From assembly GCA_035693825.1 (NCBI GenBank), contig DASSGB010000207.1, positions 384 to 64,383 of the forward strand: DNA of 64,000 nucleotides, in the 5' to 3' direction. The notes under the pieces were generated by a model. The model made no database searches, was not told the DNA's origin, and was given only the letters and a program-made list of their open reading frames with translations. This DNA is from Anaerolineales bacterium. GTDB taxonomy: Bacteria; Chloroflexota; Anaerolineae; Anaerolineales; E44-bin32. Below, in pieces: positions 38,211-45,544 of the stretch (positions are counted from its first letter, which is position 1; each line of letters opens with the position of its first letter). The position numbers were made by a program, and so were the translations under genes.

Positions 38211-38797
38211 CGATCGGCCTCCGTCCGGGTCATCCACCTCTCCAGTCCCTCGGGGCGGCGGTAGGCCTCGAGCCCATCCAGCAGCGCCTCCGGCTCGCTG
38301 GCCCAGACGTACAGCTGACGGTGCTCGGGATAGATGAAACCTTCCATCGCCGCTCTTTCCATCCAGCGCAACAGGTGCGCGTAGTAGTCATCCGTGTTCA
38401 GCATGCCGACCGGGCGCTGATGAAGGCCGATTTGAGCCCAGGTCAGGACTTCGAACAGCTCCTCGAGCGTGCCGAAGCCTCCCGGCAGAGCGACGAAGGC
38501 CTGGCTGAGTTCGACCATGGTCGCCTTACGTTCGTGCATCGAATCGACGAGCCGCAGATCGGTCAGGCGGCCGTGACGAAGGACGGGCGAATCGAACATG
38601 CGCGGCAGGATGCCCACCACCCGGCCTCCCTCGGCCAGAGCGCCGTCGGCCACCGCGCCCATCAATCCGGTCCCGCCTCCGCCGTAGACCATGGTCAGCC
38701 CGCGGCGGGCGATCGTCCGCCCCATAGCCTCGGCCGCGCGCACGTATTCGGGCGCCACATTGTCGCTCGATCCGCAGAAGACGCAGATGGTTTCCAT
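38207..38797 (-). CDS. LOG-family (TIGR00730) nucleotide phosphoribohydrolase
   Basis: ICVFCGSS, GGGTGLMGAVADGA, PGGFGTLEELFEVLTWAQIG. Confidence 0.85.
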   Translation of the reverse strand: METICVFCGSSDNVAPEYVRAAEAMGRTIARRGLTMVYGGGGTGLMGAVADGALAEGGRVVGILPRMFDSPVLRHGRLTDLRLVDSMHERKATMVELSQAFVALPGGFGTLEELFEVLTWAQIGLHQRPVGMLNTDDYYAHLLRWMERAAMEGFIYPEHRQLYVWASEPEALLDGLEAYRRPEGLERWMTRTEADR

Positions 38798-39243
38798 CAG
38801 GCGCGGCCTGCCGGCATGGAAGCGCGCACCCGGGCGGCGATTTCGTCGAGAGCTTTGCGGTTGGGAGTCGGTCGAACGCCGAACGGCATGCGCAACCCGA
38901 AACCATCACCTGCGTGTCGAGGGATGACGTGCAGGTGCGCGTGGAAGACCGACTGGCCGGCGGCCGTCCCATCCGCCAGATGCAGGTTGACTCCGTCCGC
39001 GCCCCAGGCCTCATGCCGCAGAGCCAGGGCCACGCGCCGCGCGACGGCGAACATCCGCGCCCCGCTCTCGTCATCCAGATCTTCAAGACCGGAAGCGTGG
39101 CGCCGGGGCACCACCAGGACGTGCCCGGTCGCCACCGGATGGCTGTCGAGAAAGGCCACGACCGTTTCGTCCTCGTGGACCATACTGGCCTCGGCCTGAC
39201 CGCGCACGATGCGGCAGAAGATGCAATTCGTCGGGATGTCCAT
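38797..39243 (-). CDS. HIT-family nucleotide hydrolase/transferase
   Basis: CIFCRIV...GHVLVVPRRH...HAHLHVIPR histidine triad. Start at ATG 39243. The stop overlaps the LOG start (ATGA). Confidence 0.85.
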   Translation of the reverse strand: MDIPTNCIFCRIVRGQAEASMVHEDETVVAFLDSHPVATGHVLVVPRRHASGLEDLDDESGARMFAVARRVALALRHEAWGADGVNLHLADGTAAGQSVFHAHLHVIPRHAGDGFGLRMPFGVRPTPNRKALDEIAARVRASMPAGRA

Positions 39244-39331
39244 CCACAGCAGGGGACGCGCCCGGGTTACCCTCCCGGCCGCGCGGAACGCCATTCTACC
39301 ATGCGGCCTCGCAGCCTACTCAAGATGCGGT

Positions 39332-39364
39332 CCGGTTTCCTGCGGAAACCGGGTTTGGGTTTCG
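39332..39364. repeat. GAAACCCGG-TTGC hairpin family, copy 5 (in a divergent intergenic region)
   Basis: CCGGTTTCCTGCGGAAACCGGGTTTGGGTTTCG. Confidence 0.75.
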
Positions 39365-39404
39365 ATCCACCGCGTGATATCCTGCGCCGCCACAGGAGCA
39401 TCCA

Positions 39405-40010
39405 TTGACCGGCCCCGTCCTCGCCTTTGCCGCAGTCATTCTCTACGCCGCGCTTCACAGCGCACTCGCCAGCCCTTGGGCCAAGGCTGCCACGCGCCGC
39501 GCTTTCGGCGAAGCTGCTGACCGATGGTACCGGCTGGCCTACAACGTCATCGGAGTGGTGACGCTGCTGCCTGTGCTTGCGGTACCCGCGCTCGAACCGG
39601 GACGGACGCTGTACGCCGTGCCGCTGCCGTGGAGTGCGTTCATGGTCGCCGGCCAGCTTGCGGCCGCGGGCGTTGTCGCCCTCGGGCTCCTGCAGACCGA
39701 CGTCTGGCATTTCTTGGGCTTGCGGCAACTCGTGGAGACCGGCAAGGGTGGCCCCAGCCGCTTCGTGGCGACCGGTCTGTACAGCTACGTTCGCCATCCG
39801 CTTTACACCGCGGGCCTCGTCTTCTTGTGGCTGACTCCCGTCCTGACCACGACGTTGATGGCCCTGTTCGCCGGCCTCAGCCTCTATCTGTACGTCGGCA
39901 GCGTGTTCGAGGAGCGACGGCTTCTGGCGGAGTTCGGCCAGCCCTACGCCGAATACCAGCGGCTGGTTCCCCGTCTGATCCCTCGGCTGCGCCGTCCTGC
40001 GCCTCCGTAG
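39405..40010 (+). CDS. membrane methyltransferase of the ICMT/PEMT/NnrU clan
   Basis: TTG start with AGGAGC upstream. GLYSYVRHPLYTAGLVFLW...EERRLLAEFGQPYAEYQ is the ICMT-type AdoMet region. The N-terminal helices are NnrU-like. Confidence 0.65.
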   Translation: MTGPVLAFAAVILYAALHSALASPWAKAATRRAFGEAADRWYRLAYNVIGVVTLLPVLAVPALEPGRTLYAVPLPWSAFMVAGQLAAAGVVALGLLQTDVWHFLGLRQLVETGKGGPSRFVATGLYSYVRHPLYTAGLVFLWLTPVLTTTLMALFAGLSLYLYVGSVFEERRLLAEFGQPYAEYQRLVPRLIPRLRRPAPP

Positions 40011-40199
40011 CTCCGCCCGCAAGCAGGATCGGAGCAGCCATTGCGTTGTCGCGCCCTCGGCGGTATAGTCTCGCATTGCTGCCGCCCCGGGTGAGGGAGC
40101 GGCAGCCTGTCCATATCGTCCGAATCCGCCTGGAGCTATCACCCGGGCATCTATCGTCATCTCTGTGCGGCCTGCCGCGCCGGGCCCTGGAGGCTTCCG

Positions 40200-40688
40200 A
40201 TGTACCGTTGGCTCGTCTTCGTTCACATCCTGGCGGTGTTCGTCTTTCTCCTGGCGCATGGCGGATCGGCCAGCGTTGCATTTCGACTGCGGCGGGAAAC
40301 CGAGCGCGCGCGTTTGGCCGCCCTGCTCGACCTCTCGGCCGCGGCCACAGGCCTAATGTACGCTTCGCTTCTCGTCCTGCTCGTCGCTGGAATCATCCTC
40401 GGCTTCCTGGGGCAATGGTGGCGGCTGGGCTGGATCTGGACCTCTCTGGCTTTGCTCATCCTCACAGCTGTCGGCATGTACCTGCGGGCCTCGATTCCTT
40501 TCAACCGGGTCCGCCAGGCAGCCGGTCTGCCCTATTTCGATGGTCGCCGCGAACACCCGGCGCAGGCTCCGGCCGGCGACGAGGCGATCAAGGCAGCCGC
40601 CGAAGCCGTTCGACCTTTCGAAGTGGCGGCGATGGGCGTGGTGCCGGTTGCCCTGATCCTTTGGCTGATGATGTTCAAGCCGTTCTGA
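40200..40688 (+). CDS. small integral membrane protein (DUF2269-like)
   Basis: Four TM helices, WLVFVHILAVFVFLLAHGG start. TTGCGT-17 nt-TATAGT promoter-like pair at 40041..40069. Confidence 0.45.
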   Translation: MYRWLVFVHILAVFVFLLAHGGSASVAFRLRRETERARLAALLDLSAAATGLMYASLLVLLVAGIILGFLGQWWRLGWIWTSLALLILTAVGMYLRASIPFNRVRQAAGLPYFDGRREHPAQAPAGDEAIKAAAEAVRPFEVAAMGVVPVALILWLMMFKPF

Positions 40689-42224
40689 GTGGATCGCCGA
40701 GTGTCAGCCAAGCCACGCTCCGCCCGTGCCCGGCCGGCGTCGAAGGCATCATGCCGCACGCGCTCTACGCCTCCAGCTCCGGCGCCGGTCGACCCGCGCC
40801 CCAAGAGCCCCTGGCTTCGCCTTGCGCAGGCTGCCTGGCCCTTCACTCTGCTTGTTTCGATTCTGATCCTTGTGGCCTCGCTCGGCGGTTACGCCGACTG
40901 GTTCCGCGGCCAAAACCCGTTCACGCCGGGACTTGAGGTTCATAGCCCGTTCTACGTTCTCAGTGGTCTTGCCTCACTGGCAACCGCCCTGATCTGCTTG
41001 GCCCTGTCGTTTACGCTCTTTCGGCGAAAACGAAACGATCCCATGGCCCTCTTTGTGTCCTTCTTCGTGCTGGTCTATGGGGTCGTCATGGCTGGGCCGA
41101 TGGAGTTCATGGAGTTGTTCTACTCCGGTGCCACGGACCTCACCACCGGTGTCATCCAGCCCCTGTTTCTCACCACACCCACGGTGGCCCTGCTGGCGCT
41201 CTTCCCGGACGGCCGACCGGTCCCAGCCTGGAGCCGCTGGCTGATCCTCGTCGCTTTGGTCACCGCAATCTACCTGCCATTCCTGGATCCCGGATCCGCA
41301 AGTGCACTGAACACTTTGCCCGCTCAGATTTGGGCCGTGTTGCTCGTCCTCTTGTTTGGGGTAGCCTTTGGATGTCAGGTGTATCGCTACCGGCGGGTGT
41401 CCACTCCCGCAGCCCGGGAACAGACTCGCTGGGTTGTCCTAGGTCTGGCGACGTGGATGACACTCATGGTGCTTTCGGGCGCGCCCTATGTCTATCTTCA
41501 GAACCTGCCGGCCGGCGCACCTCTGCCGGGATGGGCCGCGGCGAGCACGACGGCCTGGTGGCTGGGTCTCTCGGCGATCCCGGTGACGCTGACCATCTCC
41601 ATCCTGCGACACCGGCTGTTCGACATCGACGTCATCATCAATCGCGCTCTGGTGTACGGCGCGCTGACGGCCATCCTGGCCGGCCTGTACACCGCCTCCA
41701 TCAGCCTCTTTCAACGTCTGTTTCAGGCCGCCACCGGCGAGAAATCGGATGCCGCCATCGTCCTGACCACGCTCGTGCTGGCCTCGGCCTTCACGCCCAT
41801 TCGCACACGCCTGCAATCGGCGGTGGACCGGCGATTCAAAGACGTCCACGATGCACGCGGCCGCCTCGATGCCCTGCGGACCGAGGTGCGGCAGGGTCTG
41901 TGGGTGGTTTCACCCGTGCACGCCTCGAGGCGCCTGCTGGATGAGGCAGTGGCCGCCTTCGACGCCGAAGGCGGCGCCGTTTACCTCGGAGCCGGCGCGC
42001 GGGAGCGCCTTTCCCACAAGAACGGAAACTGGAGCGGCGGCGAGGTTCTCGGCGTTCCCATCGCCGCGAACGGAAAGCAGTACGGCCGCCTCGCCCTCGG
42101 TCCGAGGCACAACAGCGCCCGCTACACGGCCGAGGATGCGGACCTCTTGGCCCGCACGGCGGAGGCCGTCGCTTCGGCCTTTCCGGGGGGCAAGGCCCCC
42201 CTCGCAGGACGCGGCGCCCGATGA
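40689..42224 (+). CDS. sensor-like polytopic membrane protein with a small C-terminal GAF-like domain and no output domain
   Basis: About 8 TM helices, then ILRHRLFDIDVIINRALVYG...RTRLQSAVDRRF, the juxtamembrane module seen at the N-termini of many sensor kinases. About 110 C-terminal residues follow, but no HisKA or HATPase. Start uncertain. Confidence 0.5.
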   Translation: MDRRVSAKPRSARARPASKASCRTRSTPPAPAPVDPRPKSPWLRLAQAAWPFTLLVSILILVASLGGYADWFRGQNPFTPGLEVHSPFYVLSGLASLATALICLALSFTLFRRKRNDPMALFVSFFVLVYGVVMAGPMEFMELFYSGATDLTTGVIQPLFLTTPTVALLALFPDGRPVPAWSRWLILVALVTAIYLPFLDPGSASALNTLPAQIWAVLLVLLFGVAFGCQVYRYRRVSTPAAREQTRWVVLGLATWMTLMVLSGAPYVYLQNLPAGAPLPGWAAASTTAWWLGLSAIPVTLTISILRHRLFDIDVIINRALVYGALTAILAGLYTASISLFQRLFQAATGEKSDAAIVLTTLVLASAFTPIRTRLQSAVDRRFKDVHDARGRLDALRTEVRQGLWVVSPVHASRRLLDEAVAAFDAEGGAVYLGAGARERLSHKNGNWSGGEVLGVPIAANGKQYGRLALGPRHNSARYTAEDADLLARTAEAVASAFPGGKAPLAGRGAR

Positions 42225-43057
42225 AAGATCGCCGCAGCGCAAAACGATACGTCCCACAGACTTCTCCCCGGAGACGATCATCTTCCGCTCGACGTGACTC
42301 GAATGGAGCCAACGGCGCCGCTCGCGATGGGCGCAGCGCGACCGATCGCTCCATCCTCCATCCAGCCTTCCGCGACGCCCGAATCCTTGCCGGGCTGACC
42401 CGCGACGAAATCCACGAGGTGGCCCGCGCCTTTCGCCCACGCACGTTCACCCGAGGCGAAACCCTCTTCCACGAAGGCCACCGTGCGGCGACGTACTACT
42501 TGATCGCCAAAGGCCAGGTCAAGATCCTCCAGACCACGGCCGAAGGATTCGAGGTCATCCTGCACATCTTCGGGGAGGGCGAGCTGGTGGGCGCCCTCCC
42601 CAACCTGGGCGAGGGCACCTATCCGGCAACGGCCGCCGCGCTCGGCGATGTCGAGGCCTTCTCCATCAGCTCCGGCGCCTTCGATTCCATCCTCGAACGC
42701 TTCCCTCCGATCGCCGTGAACATGCTGCGCTTCGCCGCGGGGGTGATCCAGCATTCCCATCGCCGCCTGCGCGAGATGGCGACCGAACGCGTCGAGCAGC
42801 GTATCGCCCGGACGTTGGTCCGCCTGGTCCGCCAGATGGGGGTCAAGACCGACGAGGGCATCCTCCTGACGGCGCCCCTCTCGCGGCAGGACCTGGCCAA
42901 CCTGGCGGGCACGACTCTGTTCACCGTCAGCCGCACGTTGAAAGCCTGGGAACGGCGAGGCATCCTTCGCACCGGCCGCGGCCGGCTGACCATCCTCGAC
43001 CCGCATGGACTGATCGTCATCGGCGAAGACCTGCCAAAACCCTCCGAAACCTCCTGA
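42221..43057 (+). CDS. Crp/Fnr-family transcriptional regulator (NnrR/Dnr-like by context)
   Basis: cNMP-binding-like barrel (FTRGETLFHEGHRAATYYLIAKGQVKI, GEGELVGAL). C-terminal HTH SRQDLANLAGTTLFTVSRTLKAWE. ATG 42221 overlaps the upstream stop (ATGA). The Arg/Ser-rich first 45 aa make the true start uncertain. Confidence 0.8.
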   Translation: MKDRRSAKRYVPQTSPRRRSSSARRDSNGANGAARDGRSATDRSILHPAFRDARILAGLTRDEIHEVARAFRPRTFTRGETLFHEGHRAATYYLIAKGQVKILQTTAEGFEVILHIFGEGELVGALPNLGEGTYPATAAALGDVEAFSISSGAFDSILERFPPIAVNMLRFAAGVIQHSHRRLREMATERVEQRIARTLVRLVRQMGVKTDEGILLTAPLSRQDLANLAGTTLFTVSRTLKAWERRGILRTGRGRLTILDPHGLIVIGEDLPKPSETS

Positions 43058-43063
43058 AGCTGT

Positions 43064-43077
43064 TTGCGCCAGCGCAA
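43064..43077 (+). promoter_or_regulatory. FNR/NnrR-type binding box TTGCG-CCAG-CGCAA
   Basis: Perfect 5-4-5 inverted repeat TTGCGCCAGCGCAA. Its centre lies about 41.5 nt upstream of the position expected to start transcription from the TAGACT hexamer at 43100..43105. Confidence 0.6.
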
Positions 43078-43099
43078 CGACAGCCGCAGCCCAACCGGC

Positions 43100-43105
43100 T
43101 AGACT
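43100..43105 (+). promoter_or_regulatory. candidate -10 hexamer TAGACT; predicts a leaderless DUF1858-nirK mRNA
   Basis: ggcTAGACTgttggcgATG. The ATG at 43113 is 7 nt after the hexamer, and no RBS is possible. Confidence 0.4.
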
Positions 43106-43112
43106 GTTGGCG

Positions 43113-43361
43113 ATGCTCACTTCCGCGAGCCGTGGGTCGTTGCTGGACCTCCCCGTAGCCGATGTGCTCGAACGTTGGCCGGCGGCCATGCGCCTGTTTC
43201 TGGATCATGGTATGGCGTGCCTCGGCTGCCCGTTCAACACGTTCGACTCCCTGGGCGAGGCCCTGGCGATCCACCACATCTCCACTGCAGCCTTCGTCGA
43301 CGGCCTCCAGAAGGTGAGCGATCTTGGCGGATACGCCCTGCCTCAAGGAGAGCAAAGATGA
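43113..43361 (+). CDS. DUF1858 (ScdA/hybrid-cluster-protein-associated redox-disulfide) domain protein
   Basis: VADVLERWPAAMRLFLDHGMACLGCPFNTFDSLGEA, the characteristic CxxC-containing DUF1858. The ORF track starts at TTG 43107, but ATG 43113 is preferred. Confidence 0.75.
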   Translation: MLTSASRGSLLDLPVADVLERWPAAMRLFLDHGMACLGCPFNTFDSLGEALAIHHISTAAFVDGLQKVSDLGGYALPQGEQR

Positions 43362-44779
43362 AGGCATTCCTCAAGTTTTCGGTGGCCCTCCTGGCAGCTG
43401 CCTTCCTGGCGGCTGCTTGCGCGCCCCCGCCGACTCCCATTCCCCCGACCGCGCCGCCTCAGAACCTCGCTTCGCCCACGCCGGAGGTTTCCGGTCCGGA
43501 ACCCACGGTGCGTTACACCCTGGTCACCGGCGGCGGAACCGGCAAGCTGGTGTTCGTCGGCCGGGGAGGCGATATCGACGGACAGGAGAACCCCACCCTG
43601 ACGGCCCAGCCCGGTGACGTCGTCGAAATCACGCTGGTCAACGGCGACTACATCCTGCACGATCTGGTGATCGACGAATTCAACGTGAAAACGGCGCAGG
43701 TCCAGGCACTGGACGACACCGCCACGGTGACTTTCGAGGTCGATCAGCAGGGTGAATTCGATTACTACTGTTCCGTGCCCGGTCACCGCCAAGCCGGGAT
43801 GGTCGGTGTATTCCGCGCCGGTGAACCGGCCGCCGAGGCCGAAACCGCTCCTTCCGTCATCAAGGACCCGGCTGATCTTCCGGGCCCGCTCGACCGGCGG
43901 ACGGCCGAAGTGATCGACATCGAGCTGACAGCCGAGGAAGTCGTCGGCCAATTGGCGGACGGAGCCACCTACCCCTACTTCACCTTCAACGGGACCGTCC
44001 CCGGCCCCTTCCTGCGCGTGCGCGTGGGCGACACGGTCAATGTGTCCTTGCTCAACGCAACCTCGAGCACCCTTGCGCACTCGATCGACCTGCACGCCGT
44101 CAACGGCCCGGGCGGCGGAGCGGTATACACGCAGACGCCCCCAGGCGAGACCCACGTCTTCTCGTTCCTGGCGATGAATCCGGGGTTGTATGTGTATCAC
44201 TGCGCCACGCCGAGCGTCCCGCACCACATCACCTCGGGCATGTACGGCTTGATCCTGGTCGAGCCCGAAGGCGGCCTGCCTCCGGTGGACCGCGAGTTCT
44301 ACGTCATGCAGGGCGATATGTACACCGCCGAGCCGTACGGTTCCCAGGGCCCTTTGACCTTCAGCATGGAAAAGATGCTGGCCGAGGCGCCGGAGTACTT
44401 CGTCTTCAACGGTGCGGCCAACGCCCTGACCCTGGATGATTTCGTCCTGCAAGCCGAAGTCGGCGAGACCGTGCGTATCTTCTTCGGCGTCGGCGGCCCA
44501 AATGCGACGTCGTCCTTCCATGTCATCGGCGAGATCTTCGACCGCGTGTTTCCCTTTGCGTCGCTCACGTCTCCGCCGCTGACCGACGTCCAGACGGTGA
44601 CCGTGCCTCCGGGCGGCGCGACCATGGTCGAGTTCACGGTTGACGTCCCCGGCCGTTATCTCCTGGTCGACCATGCGCTCAGCCGTCTGGAACGCGGGCT
44701 GGTGGGCTTCCTGGTGGTCGAGGGTGAAGAGAATCCGGCTATCTTCTCGGGTGAGTTGACGGAAGGCTCGGGGCACTAA
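43358..44779 (+). CDS. nirK: copper-containing nitrite reductase with extra N-terminal cupredoxin domain, lipoprotein
   Basis: ATG 43358 (AAGGAGAG RBS; ATGA overlap with DUF1858). Lipobox FLAAAC. N-terminal cupredoxin YYCSVPGHRQAGMVGVF. NirK T2Cu site AHSIDLHAVNG and T1Cu site YVYHCATPSVPHHITSGMYGLILVEP. Confidence 0.9.
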   Translation: MKAFLKFSVALLAAAFLAAACAPPPTPIPPTAPPQNLASPTPEVSGPEPTVRYTLVTGGGTGKLVFVGRGGDIDGQENPTLTAQPGDVVEITLVNGDYILHDLVIDEFNVKTAQVQALDDTATVTFEVDQQGEFDYYCSVPGHRQAGMVGVFRAGEPAAEAETAPSVIKDPADLPGPLDRRTAEVIDIELTAEEVVGQLADGATYPYFTFNGTVPGPFLRVRVGDTVNVSLLNATSSTLAHSIDLHAVNGPGGGAVYTQTPPGETHVFSFLAMNPGLYVYHCATPSVPHHITSGMYGLILVEPEGGLPPVDREFYVMQGDMYTAEPYGSQGPLTFSMEKMLAEAPEYFVFNGAANALTLDDFVLQAEVGETVRIFFGVGGPNATSSFHVIGEIFDRVFPFASLTSPPLTDVQTVTVPPGGATMVEFTVDVPGRYLLVDHALSRLERGLVGFLVVEGEENPAIFSGELTEGSGH

Positions 44780-44781
44780 TC

Positions 44782-44887
44782 GAGTGGCCAGTGGTCGGTG
44801 GTCAGTGGCCGGCAGGGAACTGATGGCTCGCCACTGGCCACTCACCACTGGCCACTGTTTCTCGGTGCCCTGGTGCCACGGTGCCCG
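44782..44887. repeat. inverted heptamer arrays (GAGTGGC CAGTGGT CGGTGGT CAGTGGC ... CCACTGG CCACTCA CCACTGG CCACTGT) plus GGTGCCC heptamers
   Basis: Read directly downstream of the nirK stop. The two arrays can form a long imperfect hairpin. Confidence 0.85.
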
Positions 44888-44900
44888 TCATCCGAGGTCG

Positions 44901-44906
44901 TATAAT
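44901..44906 (+). promoter_or_regulatory. candidate -10 hexamer TATAAT upstream of tatA
   Basis: gaggtcgTATAATggcttcc, 54 nt before ATG 44960. Confidence 0.3.
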
Positions 44907-44959
44907 GGCTTCCACCGGAGGCGCGAGCCGAAGGCAGTCTGACCTACAGGACGGACAGC

Positions 44960-45154
44960 ATGTTGCGAAGCATAGGAATGCCGGAGCTTCTGATCATCGT
45001 GGGGATCATCGTGCTGATCTTCGGGATCGGCCGGATTTCCAAGCTGGGGGGCGAGCTGGGCAAGGGAATCCGCGCCTTCCGCGAAGGGATCTCCGGCAAG
45101 GACGACGAGACCACGACGCCGCAGAACCAGGGCGACGACAAGCCCAGTTCCTGA
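44960..45154 (+). CDS. tatA: twin-arginine translocase subunit TatA/E
   Basis: MLRSIGMPELLIIVGIIVLIFGIGRISKLGGELGKGIRAFREG, the canonical TatA TM plus amphipathic helix. Confidence 0.85.
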   Translation: MLRSIGMPELLIIVGIIVLIFGIGRISKLGGELGKGIRAFREGISGKDDETTTPQNQGDDKPSS

Positions 45155-45205
45155 CCGATCGTCCCCGACACGCCAGCGCCTGATTCGCATCGAACGGCAG
45201 AGCCG

Positions 45206-45535
45206 ATGAACGACGAAGCCGTTGTCATCCCCGATCTGGCTTCCCTGGTCTCGGGAGCTCCGGCCGAAAGCATCGTCAGCCGGAGCGTCTTCTCCGACGA
45301 GCACCTCAAAGCGAGCATTTTCGCCTTCGCGCCCGGTCAGGAGCTCAGCGAGCACACGGCCTCCTGGCCGGCGATCCTGCACATCCTTCAAGGTGAGGCT
45401 CAGCTCACCCTGGGCGAGAAGACGGTGCACGGTCGCGCGGGAACCTGGGCATATATGCCCGCCCATCTGCCGCACAGCGTGCTGGCGGAAACTCACCTGC
45501 TCATGCTTCTGGTGCTGCTGAAGAACGAATCCTGA
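45206..45535 (+). CDS. cupin-domain protein
   Basis: 109 aa. FAFAPGQELSEHTASWPAILHILQGEA...AGTWAYMPAHLPHSV is a cupin_2-like two-motif pattern. Confidence 0.65.
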   Translation: MNDEAVVIPDLASLVSGAPAESIVSRSVFSDEHLKASIFAFAPGQELSEHTASWPAILHILQGEAQLTLGEKTVHGRAGTWAYMPAHLPHSVLAETHLLMLLVLLKNES

Positions 45536-45544
45536 GGGCGCCGC

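Noticed and set aside
40041-40054. Second FNR/NnrR-type box (TTGCGTTGTCGCGC) upstream of the DUF2269-like gene
   Set aside because: Only one half-site is exact (TTCGC-type second half is CGCGC instead of CGCAA). The same TTGCGT also serves as a plausible -35 hexamer for TATAGT at 40064. It is kept as a remark under the nirK box finding rather than as a feature.
39524-40936. 470-aa plus-strand ORF overlapping the ICMT-like, DUF2269-like and sensor-like genes in another frame
   Set aside because: It crosses three independently supported genes and two intergenic regions. It is Arg/Pro/Ala/Ser-rich and is not a plausible protein.
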